64,000 nt of DNA from Geosiphon pyriformis uo1 (GCA_016748015.1 JAAOMT010000082.1:326349-390348), one strand, 5' to 3'; positions 1-14,518 are shown, counted from the stretch's first letter. A program made the numbers and translations. The notes: generated by a model not told the origin, from the letters alone.

Positions 1-3000
1 AAAGTTGAATAAATAAAGTATTTATCAAAAAATTGTAAAAAAAATTGTTTTTATTTATTATTATTTGAAATAACTGGTTTGTTCATTAATTTTTAATTAG
101 ATATTTAAAAATTGTGAGAATTTTATAATGTTTACAAAGATTCTATTATGCCTTCTCAATTTCGCATATAAGCTGTTGTAAATTTTAAATATATATTAGA
201 AATTATTTATTTTTAAAAAATTAGAATTTCTATATACTATACTTACATTTAATGCTGTTCTCTCATGCCTATTCCTAATATCTTTTCGAGGCTAATATTG
301 ACTAACCAACAATGCATCTTTAGTATCAATATCATTCTTTAAATTTTTTTCTCTTCTCTTTGCTTAATAGTAAAAATTTGATAAATCCCCCATTTCCAGT
401 TATATCAACTGTCTTGCCAATTTATCCTTGGTATTTAGATTAATTTTATAATTTTCTGAAGCATTTTAAAAAGATGTAAATTTCCAGATATTGCAAATTA
501 ATTCCAGAATTATCGAATGTATTAAAAGAAAATTCAAATATGCTGTACAATAGCAAAAAAGATTAGAATTTGAGAAAATATTCTAGGAAAAATAGAATGC
601 AGCAATATGTATTTGGTATTCGGCCTAAATTAATTGGTGCGAATATAGTTTTTGGCTAGAATGATGTAAAGTATTTCACAATAGCCAGATGACCTTGAAA
701 TTATAATAAATTATAACATAAATATTAATAATTAATATTTGATAAAGCCAAGATTGATAAATTTATTTATTTTTAAAGCCAGATAAATACTATTTCAGCT
801 ATTTTTATTTTTTAAATTGACTTTGGTTCCAATTTGTACTAATTCTTTTGTGATGTCATTTTTTCTCTTCGTCACTATAAGAAAAATATCGAAATCAGAA
901 ATAAATCTGATAGAAAAACTAGAAAAGGTCAAAAGTATTAAATAGATTTATCCCCACCTGAAATTATAGGTGCTCATCAACCATTTTACATACAATTTAC
1001 ATATATATATTCGAATGATAATATAAAAACTTGAAATATTCTAAATCATAAATTGGTTGCCTTCATGAGTTTAAAAAGATATGCTTATTTACTTAATCCA
1101 ATACTAGAAACTTTCAAAAAAAGTGGTTATTTGAGTTTTTACATACCATAAACTTCTGTAACATCTACACTAAATTGCTTTAAAACCAATTTCAAAAATA
1201 TTTCGGATAGATAATTTTTGAATAAAGTAAAATAAATTGTTCAAATAAATGTTTCAAATTAAAATTAAGTAAATAAAAAAAACAATATAATTATTTTTTG
1301 TTAGTTTAATTTGCTTAATAAAAACAGAAAAGTTTTATCAACAGCTGGATTCCTTATTTTGTTTGCCCTCGGTTTTTCTTTTAACCAAATTTAAATGCTT
1401 TAATCGAAAACTTTATCATAAATTATTTGATTAATCATTTATAAACCATTAATAATGAAGTAAATATTAATCCTTTTATATATAATAATATTATAATTTC
1501 AAAAAAATTTAATACCATTTTTTAAGAGCCAGTCTTTTGAATTAATTTTTAAATTACGAATAAAATTAAATTAAAATTATATTAAAATTTAGGATTTAAA
1601 TTTTAAAATTGAAAAAAAACCAAATTATCATAGAAAATTTTATTCATGTTTTTAAAACAAAGCAATATAATATATTTGATTTATAAATTCAATATTATTT
1701 AACCAACTTTTAATATTTATTAATTTGTCTAGATAAATAAAGTATTATTACATTTTATAAATCAAAATTCTAGTATACATCATTAAAAATAAATTATACT
1801 TATAATAATTTTATCGCTAATTAAAGTTTAAGTCAAATTCCTATTTCACATTAAAATAGCAAGATAATGAAGAATAAAGTTGCTATTTTATTCATTTCAG
1901 CGATTATTATTTTCTTAGAGATAAAAATTGATAAAACTATCTTCTACTCATTGTAAAATCCTTCCAAGAGTTTATGACCACCATCTTGAGTCAGAAATTT
2001 CCTCAACAGAAGATCTTAAATGAAATATATGAATGTAATTAATTTCATTAAATTCTGGTGTTAAAACCTAATAATAGAATATAACATTAATTAATTTGTC
2101 TAACTGGGCTTCTCGACTAAAAAAATTAACTTTTACTAATTATTTTTATAATCCTTTAATTAATTTACCTTTGGCAGATATCGAGGCTCGCCCTTTAAAT
2201 AAAATTACTACAGTTAAAAAAAATAATCTCTTTTCATGGCTTAAAAGTTCAAGGTTCAGAGCAAAAGATATTGATACCATTTGTCCAAATCTAATTTGTA
2301 TTCTATTAACTTTAAATCACCTGAAATCTTAAAAAATAAAATATGAAAAATTTAGAAAATATCAAGTTTCATAAAATTTATAAACTTATTATTTAAAAAT
2401 AGTGATAAACTTTTTAAGAAAAAAAATAAAATATTTTTTTAAATTAAATTTTCATTTATTGTATTAAATAAATATTCCAAAAACAGTCATTTAAAAATAA
2501 AAAATTAATTTCTTTAATAAAAAATGCGCAAAACCCTAAAACACTTGTTAATGAGATTGTAACATGGATGATCAAATATTTATTCTACAAATTAACTATA
2601 CTTCAATCTAATAGTGTAATTTACACTCTTAAAACCACTACAATATATGCAGTTATTGAACATGGACACTCTAAATAAAAAATGCATTTATATTTAAAAT
2701 TATTTGTATTTGTTGTTAATTTGATTAATTGATTGATAATTCTTATTTTATCGAATTTTATTGTCTGATAGCATTTTTAATAAATTAGGATTTAAGCCTT
2801 AAAATCTCAATTTAAAAATTATGTTTATATTTTTGGATGAAAAATGAATCAACCCACTTAAATAGGCTAATTTTTATCGATTATATTTTAACTATTTATG
2901 ATATATAATTAGCAATTTTATTTTTAAAATTAGTTGTTAAATAAATTGTTAACCTTATTAATAACTTAATAATTTAACTTAATTTTTGACTTAGATAATT

Positions 3001-5392
3001 ATTTAATTATCAAACAACTTTTTTATTTTTAAACTATGTGAAAGTCAGGAAGCAAAAATTGATAACTGTGGAAATAATTCAAAAAAGGAACATAAGTGAT
3101 TGAATAAAATTGGAAATTGAATAAAGAATAAAAATTAGCAAGTATAAAAGACCTAAATTCCCAGGCTTGAAATAAACAATTTTTAATATAAAAAATATAA
3201 GAAAAAAGTTTGCCTATGTAGCAAACTCAAAAATATGTATGAAATTACCACAAATTCCAAATTTTTACTAAACCTCCAACATAAATCAGCATGAAGAACT
3301 TAAAGGATCAAAGAGCACAGGTTTTTTATAAATTTGTCATGTATTTATAGCCGTTTTTATTGGAGAAAGCGAATTTTGAAATGATAAGTCAGTGAAATTT
3401 TACGATAGAAATATGGAGAGATTGATTGTAAGTTCTAGTCACAGATGCTTTATTTTCTTTTGATGGCTCTAAACTATGAATCACGAAAAAGCATGGAAGT
3501 ACTTAATCCGATAAACAACATTTTTTATTAGCTACATCACTATTTCGTTTGGTAATTCAATCATTTTCGTCTTTGGTATAGAAAACAAAATAATAATACA
3601 AGAATGAGTTGCTTATACTACCACTAAGTATCGGTCAGTTATTTATACCCAAAATTCCAGATGGTCACAGAAGTGTGACCAGAAAGGTGAACTTGAGGAA
3701 TTTCCAATCTTGAACTTTGGAATTTGGATAAGAAATGAACTAATTTCCCACTTTCTTTTTAGGGTAGAAGATTGGAAACAAACTGATTAAAAATTTTAAG
3801 AAAAACTTTGAGGGTATAAATCCTTTTCTTCTGTCATTTGTGAAGGTTAGAAAATCAAAATTTGGTTGAATTAAATCTCATGTGAATAACCAATTTTCAC
3901 TAATTTTTTCAATCTTTTATAATAAACCTAATTTCGTTAAATATTGATATATATTTTTGTTAATAATTTAACTTAATATTCCAAAAAGGTTTGTGATCTT
4001 GCATAAAAGCTGATTCAGAACATCTACATTTCGTGTTTTAATAATAGGTGATCAGATAAGAAAAAAATGTGATGAGGTTTAGTATTATATGTCAAAAGAA
4101 TTATCACTATGTACGATATCTCTCTAACTCTAAATGTTAAAACAAAGGATAGAACACTCAGTAGTCTTTTAAACAGTTTTTTTGAAAGAAATATTTAGTT
4201 TAGTGTATAAACGAATTATATTGGACTCTTCAATCCTATCACCCAATTAGGTTTGATCGTGTAACTTTCAGTAATTTTAAAAACCTAAGTATACGGTATA
4301 TGCTTTTAAACCAAAAGAAAAAATTATTTTTAAATTATATTTTTTTTAATCGAGAAATTGCTTTATTTTATTATGAAATAATTAAATTCAAGTGTGTTTA
4401 GAAAAAACACAAGATTTTTACAAATTTATTTGGAAATAAATATTTAGATTTATATATACGTTTTTTAGCTGATTTAGAGCCTAAAAAAACAAATTCTTAA
4501 AACAAAACAAGCTGAAAGAAACATTATTTAGGCTAACAATAGTTATAACTATTAAAATTCAGTTATCAGAAGACTATAATAATTTGAACATTTTTGTAAC
4601 ATATATTTAACAATTATAGTGTATGATGAGTTAAAAATGCCTGAAATAATATTAATTCAAAAATGATTTAATGTGCATTTAAATATAATGAAACCTGAAA
4701 ATAAATTGATTTTCAATTATGACTTTGTTGATATAAAAAATAATCTCCCACTTTATGTTATTATTATGTGAATTTTGATCAAAGAACCTTGTCAATAACA
4801 ATTTGGAAAAGTCTGGATTTATGTGATGAAAATGGTTATAATAAATATTGTGAAATGGAATTGAAAAATTATAGTAATCCTTGGCTTTAAAATTTTATTT
4901 TAGTTTTCATTTATAATATATTAATTTTGTAAAAAAAAAATTAATCATTAATCACGGGTTGTTATAAACAAATCTGTAAATTAAATTATACCCTAAATGA
5001 CTGATTTCCATCATGATAGTCAATATGGATCTAAATAATGGTAAATGAAACTTGGAAAAAACCAAGTCAAAAAGAATAATTTACATATCTTAAGATAAAT
5101 ATTTTAATTTTGAATGAAATTTTATCAGGAATGATGGGCACATGTATTAAAAAAATCTATTTTGATTGGATTAATTGAAAAATCAAATCGAAGCATGCCA
5201 ACCTAAATCTTTAAGGATAGGATTCAACTCATTATTAATATTTAAAAAAATCATAAAAAATGATAATAAATCACATGATATTTGTAAAAATTAATTTCGG
5301 AAAATAGAGGAAACTTGAAGCATCCCAATTATGTGAAATTTGGCTAAAACAGACTTTTATATGTAGGAATATAAAAAATTTCATTCATTTCG

Positions 5393-6894
5393 TTATTTAG
5401 CTGGGAAGAACTGCTGACAATTTCCAAAAGTTGTGCCAAACCATGGACCAAAATGTGCAACACTGCTTGATCCATCTGTTCCTGCATTACATTCCTGAAA
5501 TTTAGATTTAAATTTAAATTTTAGGTTTTCGCGAGAAATCTTACCCATTACGCATGATGAAAATAATATTGATGCTAAAAAGCTTTTATTTGCAAATCCT
5601 TACCAAATTCTCACCAAACTGTTTCTGACCATTAGGTGAATATCCAGGACATTGGTAGACTTTATACAAGCCATTCCCAATTTTTTGTCCAGCCATTGAA
5701 CCACAATCGCAATCTTCAATACCCGTAATCCAATATTCAGTATCAGTATGCCAATATTGCACATTATCTATAGATTTTTTTGGAAATTGGGAGACGTAGT
5801 CATTCCTATTGGTCACTCTGTAAATTTCTACCAAGTTCTCCCTATGAACTTTTTCAACAAATTTACTATCACCCATACGTGGTTGACCGAACGTAATAAC
5901 CTGGATCTCAAATTTTCGGCCAAATGGATACCCCTCTACTAAACCACTAGATATGTAGAAGGCTGCGCTTAAAGCATATGCTTGAAATAGTTAATCAAAA
6001 TTATTTTATTAGTCGAGAAATATTTTACATGAACTCGAAAAAAACAAATATTTGAAATTTGAATATTATTATTTTTTACTTCCTCCAATTCCATGTCCAG
6101 TAAAAATTAATTTAATTTTAGATCCAGACATTGTTTTAGCTAATGTCATAACTCTTCCAATGGCATATTTGATTTCAGGATGTGAAGGTACTCTAAAAAA
6201 TTTAGAGTCCATTTGTCCTCTCTTTTTAACTTCCGTTTTAAATAAAATGTTTTTACGTTTTTCCCATTGAAATCTTGTCATCTCTCGGCCTATGAGTCAA
6301 ATATTAAGAATAATAGAAAATTAAAATCTTTGAATCGAGATTTGAAAATAACGATTAAAAACACCTTCCTCTAAAATGCCCAATAATATGTTCCTTTTTT
6401 TCATCCAAGAATACTTCAGCTGAATTTGGCATGATAATATTAAAAAATTTCAGCAAGTTGGACAATTTTTTTCGAAATTTAAATTTCATTAAAATCTATT
6501 ACTCACCCTTTCTATTAATTTGTGGAAAACAATAAGGAATATTTGCTACTCGAGCCATTTCTGTAAAGAAATCAATTAAAGCTACATCAGTCACAAGTAT
6601 TTTTGAGGGAGACGAGTTTTCGAGTTTGCCAAACCCTCGGTTTATTCGTTTTAATAGATGTGCTTTATTCCAACTTGAGGTAGAATTTAAAGATGGAATG
6701 CGTATTTTTATAGGTGGATTATAGGCACCATCCAATATTAGCTTCGTGATTGATGAAATGTTGCAGTGATTTGAAGATTGGGAATAAAAATTATTAGGGA
6801 AATAAACAAACAGAAAGTAGGACCCAATTATTGTAATAACTGAAAATGATTTAGAAACTTTCTTTATGAAATTTTCATAATTTTTAGACAACAT
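5393..6894 (-). CDS. Class-3 lipase-like (alpha/beta hydrolase) protein with N-terminal hydrophobic segment; nucleophile motif is GHGIGG (no Ser)
   Basis: Hand-spliced exons 6894-6507, 6419-6369, 6289-6080, 5980-5604, 5494-5393 give lipase-3 motifs in order: IPYC, HIIGHFRG, IFTGHGIGG, ITFGQPRMGD, RVTNRNDYVSQFP, EYWI, ECNAG..AHFGPWFG. Intron 2 needs a non-canonical GA donor to stay in frame, so the gene may be a pseudogene. Confidence 0.8.
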
Positions 6895-9800
6895 TCCTAT
6901 CAAAAATATTTTCTTAATATTGCCTGAAATATGTATGGTTTTGGAGATATCAAATGCCTGCTAATTATTGATTTTCGAGCTCACATATCAAATATTTGAT
7001 TTTATCACAATAAAAGTATATACATAATAATTTTCCGTTTTGCAGATTACGATATTATTGAAACGATGAACGTAAATATTTAACTGAGCAAATCCAAAGG
7101 ACGAGAATTTTACTTTATTCTTATCACATACGATGGAATAGAGAATTTTCAAATGGTGATTATTTATAAAATTCTGACTTAAAGATATGAAATAATTATC
7201 CTAAAGAAATAATAAAACTAGGCAATATGTATAAATTTGTTTAAATTTAATAAAATTAAAAAAAGATATATTTTATATTACTTGTTTATTAATTATTACT
7301 TTATTTAATTACTATGATTAATTAAAAAATTATATAAAATTATGTATATATAACAGCTCTACTTTTTAATTTTCAAAAACTATTTTAATAAGTTTAATAA
7401 GCAAAAAAAAAACAATTAAATATATGGTTTAAAATATGTACATAAATCATTTTCTTGTGAAATTACAGATATTACTAAACTTTTATAATATTATTTAAAG
7501 ACTTTTTATTAAATAATATATATCACAATAAAAAAATATTATAAGAAAAAAAAAATGTTTAAAAAAATTACAGATCAATTAAAAAAATGGTTTAACAAAT
7601 AAATTACTATTTTTTATGAATTTTTGGCAATTTAATTAGAAAACTGTATTTAAATTATTATTTTTATTAAAAATTAGATATTTAAACATATTAGACATAA
7701 TTTTTTTGTCTTATATATATGATTTATAATTATTTATTAATCTAAGAATTATTCGTTGCTTTTAAATATTTTTTTTGCAAGTAGAAATATAATTGCAGAT
7801 ATTAAGTCTTGTTTAATAATTAAAACTATAAAAACATTATAACATCTTTAATCATGAAAATAAAGACCATTAAAAAAATAAATTAATAATATAACATAAT
7901 ATTTAATAATCAAATTTAAATATATTCATAAACTTTAAACCAAATTATTATTAATACCAAAATTAATCTTGTTAAAAAGCTTTTTAAAAACATGTTTTGT
8001 TATAATTTTTGGCTTTTTAAGAATTAAGTTTAAAATTATTCTTATTATTAAGTTAAAACTAGTTTTTTTATCAAATATTCTTTTTTTATGTTTATATTTT
8101 CTGATTTTATAGTTTTTTAGTATTTAAACCAACTAATCTATTAACTAAATAAGCACCAAAAACTGCAAAAACATTAATATTGGTATTAAATTTTTTTAAA
8201 ATGTTACTTTTCTACTTTTTTTAACAGTTAAATCTATAAAAATTAAATTAACACCAAATTTTTTTGATTTTTTTTATAAAAAAATTATTAATATTATTAA
8301 TGGTTTTGAATTTTAAAAAAAATAGTATAAAAATATTTAATTATTATATTTGTATTAATATTATATAATTTAGTAATATAATTTTAAGTAATTATTATAT
8401 ATTATTTTTTAAATTTTGTTTTTTAATTATAATTTATATGCTTAATTATTAAGTATTTAATATATATAAAATAGTTTATTTTATTTGAAATTAAATTTTT
8501 ATCTTATTGTTTTTGTATAATATAGCAATATGTTGTTTTTTAATCTTATATTTAACTAGTTGATTTAATAATTTGTTATTATGTTTTTTTTGTTATTTTT
8601 GTAAAATTTAAAATTATAAACTATTATTATTTTTAAGTTTTTATTATTAGTTTATTTAAATAAATTAGTATTTTTAATTTTATTAATAGTATTTTTTTTT
8701 ATATATATTAATTTAAATAATATTTATTTAAATAGTATTTTGTTTTATTATTTAATAAGTAAATAAAGCTAAACAAATCTTATTTTTATTGATTCTTATT
8801 GGTTATTTTTTTATTACGCATTTAATGAGTGAAGCCCAACCGCTATCTAGTACATAGAGCCAAACTAAGTGACCCAAACTAAACGCGACTTACGCACTTA
8901 CTACATGTGGCTAGCCACTCGCTTATTTTGGCTAATATTTTATAAAATATTTAATTCAATTTTTTTACTAATCTATTAATTTGTAAATAATATAATAATA
9001 ATAATAATATTTTTTTATTTTAAATTTTTGGCTTAACATTATTTACAAAATATTTATATTAATTTAATATTAGTTTTTTTAACATTTATATTAATAAATT
9101 AAAACTTAATATATAAATTTTGTTATTAATTTTGTATTAACTTTTTTTATAATTTTGGTTTTTAGTTATTTAATAAAATAATTATTTATTATTTGTTTTT
9201 GGTAATAATAAACAAAAATTGTTTTTTATTATTATTATTTTAAGTAAATAGTTTTATTTTTGTTAATTTTAAATAAAATAATTTTTAAATAATTTTTAAA
9301 TTTTGCTTTGTTCTTATTAAAATAATTTTTTTTTAATTTAAAGTATTGTTAAATAATAGCAACAAAATCAAACAAAGTAAATATTTGATTACATAAACTC
9401 AAAATAATTAGTGTAACTGAAAAATAACATTTTAATAGTTTTGTTTGATTTAAATTTCAATTGCATTTATCTTTATATAAAACTAATTTATATTAAATTC
9501 ACTATAAAACCAAAGAATTACAGTATTATTAAAAGTATTTCACAAAAAAGCAAAAAAAATTGCTTTATATATTTTCAAAATTAATAATACCCAAACTTTT
9601 TAGAAATATCTAGATAAAACATAACTTTATTATCTACAAACTTACAATCAAATTTAGATAATAGCATATTTAATAATATTTTACTAAAACAACCAAAATA
9701 TAGTGAATATGTATTTTATAAATTGTTTTTTATAAAAAGTAATAAAAAAAAGTTGACAAATTAAGTATTTTAATTATCGTAAATGTGTTACTTAAAATAA

Positions 9801-10479
9801 CAACAAATAATATTTCTCATGCTATATGATTACAGAAACAATAATCTGAAAACCAAATTTAATATATGCAATTATTTTACAATGTAATATATCTTATAAT
9901 ACAAAAAAATACAACAAAATATAATTGTGCATACTATATGTTCTATTTTTTTTTCTCATAATTTAACAAACATAAAACCAACTAGAGAATATACTTTTTA
10001 ATATATGAATGACCACTTTGATGCCTCTTACAATAAAATTAAAAAAAATACAATAAGCTGCAACAAGGTAAACAAGCAATAAATACATATTTATTAAGAA
10101 AATAGTTTAAAAATTATTAATGTTATTGCAAAAAAAGCAGTTAAATATCATTAATTGAACAGAGCTAAAACATAGCAGAACTAAGTTATAACTTTGTTTT
10201 AAAAAAGACAAGAAACAGTATGAGTTAATAAAGAAACAATATAAGAAAAATAGTTTGAATATATTGTAATATATATTAAAAAAAATAGTAAAACTGGTTA
10301 AATTAAAAGAAACAGAGGCCTTTTTTTGAATAAAATCTTGAAATACTATTTGCAATACTGGCTAAATTGGGCTTATTCATTTGTTTTTTATTTTGATGCT
10401 AATTTTACAGAAGAATCTTTAGCATCCAATCTGCAAAATAGTATCAATATACAGAAATTTAACCTAAATTATAAATATT

Positions 10480-11140
10480 TTGAAAATTACATTTAGAAAT
10501 ACATTGATGAAATCTTGAAAAGACTACAATGATGTTTTTTTTACTATTTAAAACAATACACTATAAGCTGGGCATTACAGTAGTTTTATGTTTCTTATAT
10601 ATTACTAATACAGACCAGCAGAACAGAAAAGTTCAGATTATTGCAAAAATTGGTAGTTAAAAAAAATGTTTTAATCATTTATATTTGTTTACATAGTTCT
10701 AAATCGAAAGGCTATTCAAATTATTCAGATATTGCCAATAAACTTACTAAAAAAGCATATTTAGAAGCTCATTATTTTTTCTTTTTAGTGGCTTTGTTTT
10801 GTAAGTGTTTAAAATTTGTGAACACACAATTTTAACTTTATAAAAAAATATTGAAAAAGACATGTAATTATATATTTAATATTCTCATTAGTAATATTTG
10901 TAATGATATGTTTAATTTGCAAAAAAGTTTTTGAAACAATATAAAATATGAGATAAAATCAAGATTTAGTAATACCAAAAAACCTCAGATCAAAAATATT
11001 CGAAAAAAGATAATAGAACAATATAAAAAACTTGAAATTATGTTGAAAAAGCTAAACAAACATTTATTAAAAATGTTGTTGGCTTTTAATGAAACCAAAA
11101 TGCTTACTAAAAATAATAATTTTTGTAATCTGTGAAGAGT
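10480..11140 (+). pseudogene. Decayed RecQ-like helicase fragment
   Basis: Broken frames give YIDEIL..DVF, GITVVLCF..LIQ/DQ (10571; cf. RecQ GxTvVisPLisLmqDQ), IIYIC..IANKL....AHYF and MLLAFNE....FCNLC (cf. RecQ Zn-binding region), in RecQ order. Confidence 0.4.
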
Positions 11141-11499
11141 ACTACAGACTGTTTTAAACTTGGATGATAATTGTTTTATGGTGTTTTTCACAAATATTTT
11201 ATTAAAAGTTTCAAATTTTTCTTATGCAAATTTTCACAATTTGTTCACCAAAATCAGCTCTAAAAAACAAAAACTGTATAAATCATTTTATTTACTTAAT
11301 GTATTAAACTGCCATATGTAAAAATTATTAGTTGTTACAATTTTAACAGCAATGAATCAAATTTACGATATAGGCTGTTTTTTCTGAACAGATATTATTA
11401 ATCAAGCTATTATTGTATTTATTACAAAAAAAATTTTTTATAATAGCAAAAAAGCCACAACAATACATGAAATTTAAAGTATTTTAATTATTAAAAAAG

Positions 11500-11830
11500 T
11501 AACAAAAGCACTAACAATTTTTAAATCACAGCTTTATTTGGAAATTTTGAGTCTTTTATAACAAGTATTTGAATTAGTCAGTAGCCATATAAGAATTTTG
11601 CATCATGTTAATAAGACATAAGAATTTTTTGTTACTATATATCTAAGTAAACCAGTATTAATTGAGACTATAAGCTATATAATAAACTAATTTGGAATTC
11701 TTATACAAGTTTTGGGCCACTTAGTTAACTTAATTAGAAATTATATTGTTGTCAATACAAGTAATTAGAGTGAACTTTTTGATAAGATCTTGTGTTTTTT
11801 GGTAATTAACAAAGCAATTTAATCAAAACT
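11500..11830 (+). pseudogene. Decayed fragment of a YPSEP-family (Crinkler-associated-type) P-loop NTPase
   Basis: YLSKPVLIET (11640) and VVNTSN*SELFDKILCFLVINKA (~11748) back-mutate mostly by A>G/T>C to YPSEPVLAEA and VVDTGNxGELF..ILC.LAIDKA, motifs I recognise from fungal/oomycete NTPase proteins. Confidence 0.4.
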
Positions 11831-14518
11831 CAAAGTTTGGAATATGTATTTACAGACCATTATCATACAAAAATTTTTCGATGCACTTGTTGGTTAGAAC
11901 TCTTAGAAAAAGCTTAATTCGATTTTTACTATTCAAGCCAACAGTATAATACTTTGTAATAGTAAAATTAAGTTTAATTATTTTTCATATATTAAGTTTA
12001 TTTTTATAAGACTAGATTTTATCAAATTTTTTTTCATAGTATAGCAGTTTTATGTAAGCAAAATCAAAAAAAGTAAATATTATCATTTTAGTTGTCATGG
12101 TTTAAGATAATGAAACTCTAATTATAAAAGAGAATATAATATTTATTGGTATTCAAGTTAGAAATCATAAAGCTAATAGTTTAACTGGTAATAAAAAGCA
12201 GCAAAAAGGGAGCAAACAATCATTTAAACAACAAAAAATAAATAATATATTCAAACAAACAGCTTGTTATATTGACATTAATAATTATAAACTCTTCTTT
12301 TTATCTTACCTTAAGATTTACATAAGTCTTAATATAATATTTGAAAATATTGAATTCAATAATATTTTAAATATTGAACTAAAAACATTAACAAAAGCCA
12401 AGAACAGAATAGAACATTTAAGCATTTATGAACTCTTAATAAATATGTATATATGTTTTAATAGTACATATAATAATATAATAAAATTACTATTGCACAA
12501 ATTATTAATATCTTATTTTGCTTTATTGAAAAAAAAAATGGCATTTTATAAGATAAACATAATACAAGTAATAAATAAATTCAATAATACAAAGAGATTG
12601 TAAAAAATATAAAGCCTTTATAATATAATTAAAATATATTAGTGTATTGTTTGTTTTTTTGTTAGATTTACTAATCTTCTGTTATGTTAAAAAGATGAGA
12701 AAAAAAAACACAAAAAACATAAATAGTATAATAAAAATAGAACAATAATTATTATTGAATTGTACAATAATAAAATCAATAAAGCTTATTTAATTTGTCA
12801 AATATAATATAAAAAAATTACAAAATAAAAATTAATATATAAAATTATCTGTATATGAATAATAATAATTACAATAGTTTTACTAAATATAAAAAAGCAA
12901 TTCATTTTTTAGAAATAAATTGTAATTGTAATTGTTCAAAAAAAATTCCAAGAAAAAAGTTTGCTAAATTACATAAGACATTTTAGGTTTTTTTTAAATC
13001 TAAACAAAATATATTTTTAATTATTTAGCTAAAAATAATGAATAATAGAAAAATAACTATTAGTTAATATCTTAAAAATTAATTATATTTATTTGAAAAA
13101 TATGAAAATTGCTTAATAACAAATATAATACTATGTATTTATAATAATATAAAACAAATATTATAATAAAAGACAAATAATTATTATTATTATAATGAAA
13201 AATTTTTTTAAAAATTATATTAAAATTTATGGATTATCAAGTTTTAATAAAAATCTATTAAAATAATATAAAATTTTAAATATATATAGTTTAATATTAA
13301 ATAAATAAATTTATTTAAAACAGTTTTAATAAATAATAAATAGATTTATTTTTAATTATTTTTTAAAAATGAAAAAAATTACTTATAAAATATATTACAA
13401 ATTTTTTTTTCAAAAAGTTATAAATAAAAAAGTTATTATATTATTTTTATTAATTGTATAATTAATAATTATTAAACTTTAATAAAAATTTAATTGTATA
13501 TTATTAAGAAGCTAATAAATAAGTTTACTTAATAAAATTTTCCAGAAATTCAGACTTTTAAAAATTGGCAAATTTAAAGCTTTAAAAAATAAAAATAAAG
13601 ATTTTGTTATTTTTTATGTTTTTATGTTTTTATAAATATAAAAAACAAAAATATCTTTATAATTATATTTGGAAATATTTTTAAAAATTAAAAATTAAAA
13701 AAAACATTATTAAAAATTGCAAAAAAATATTCTGTTTTTAATTTATTTATTAATAATAATTATATTTTATTATTTCTACTGTTACCTATAAAGTAATATA
13801 AAAAAACCGTTAATAATTAAATATAGCATAAATTAGCCAATTATATATTAGAAATTATTAAATAATATAATAACAAAGATTTTAAAAATACTAATAAAAA
13901 TGCCAAAAATTTTAGAAATAGTTCAGAAAAAGTATAAAATTATTAGAAATTCCAAAAATTTTGTATTATAAAATTTATATGTATATAATAATAACATTAA
14001 AAGTAAAAAATAATAATCAGTTTACTAGATTTTTACCAAGTAATTTCAACAATTAAAAATTCAATACTTAAAGTAAATGCTTTTTTAATAAATTTATAAT
14101 TAAATTATTTATTATTTAAATTACATAAATCCATATTTATTTTACTAAAATTTACATATTTTTAATTAATAATATTAATATCTATTTGACACTATTAACA
14201 ATATTAAAACAATAATTTTTTGATTATAATTACTGACAAAATATTAATTTTTTATTTATTATTTTATTTATCTTCTTATATATTTTATTTTGTTGTATTA
14301 ATTAATTAAAAACGTTAAAATCATAATATTAGAACTTATTTGATAAAAAACACAAAAATAAATATAAAATTGATTTATTGGATTACTTATTAAAAAAGTA
14401 AAAAATATCAGAATAAATCAATTATCATGTTAAAAAAGTTAGATATCAAGTATTGTTACCTGAATAAAAAAACTAATCAGAAACTGTGGAAAAACAGGGA
14501 TGGTCTTGTTCAAAAACA

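Larger units (their letters stand above)
7200..14500. mobile_element. Extremely AT-rich tract of decayed mobile-element/pseudogene DNA
   Basis: G/C strongly depleted, no intact ORFs; contains the dispersed element-end motif at 8829-8918 and decayed coding remnants at 10.5-11.8 kb. Boundaries approximate. Confidence 0.5.

Noticed and set aside
1940-2332. Exon-like minus-strand segment with faint P450 PERF/heme-like resemblance
   Set aside because: The motifs need several frameshifts and substitutions; cannot be assigned.
3280-4890. Slightly G/C-richer, coding-like patches (3.3-3.9 kb, 4.75-4.89 kb)
   Set aside because: No recognisable motif or consistent frame.
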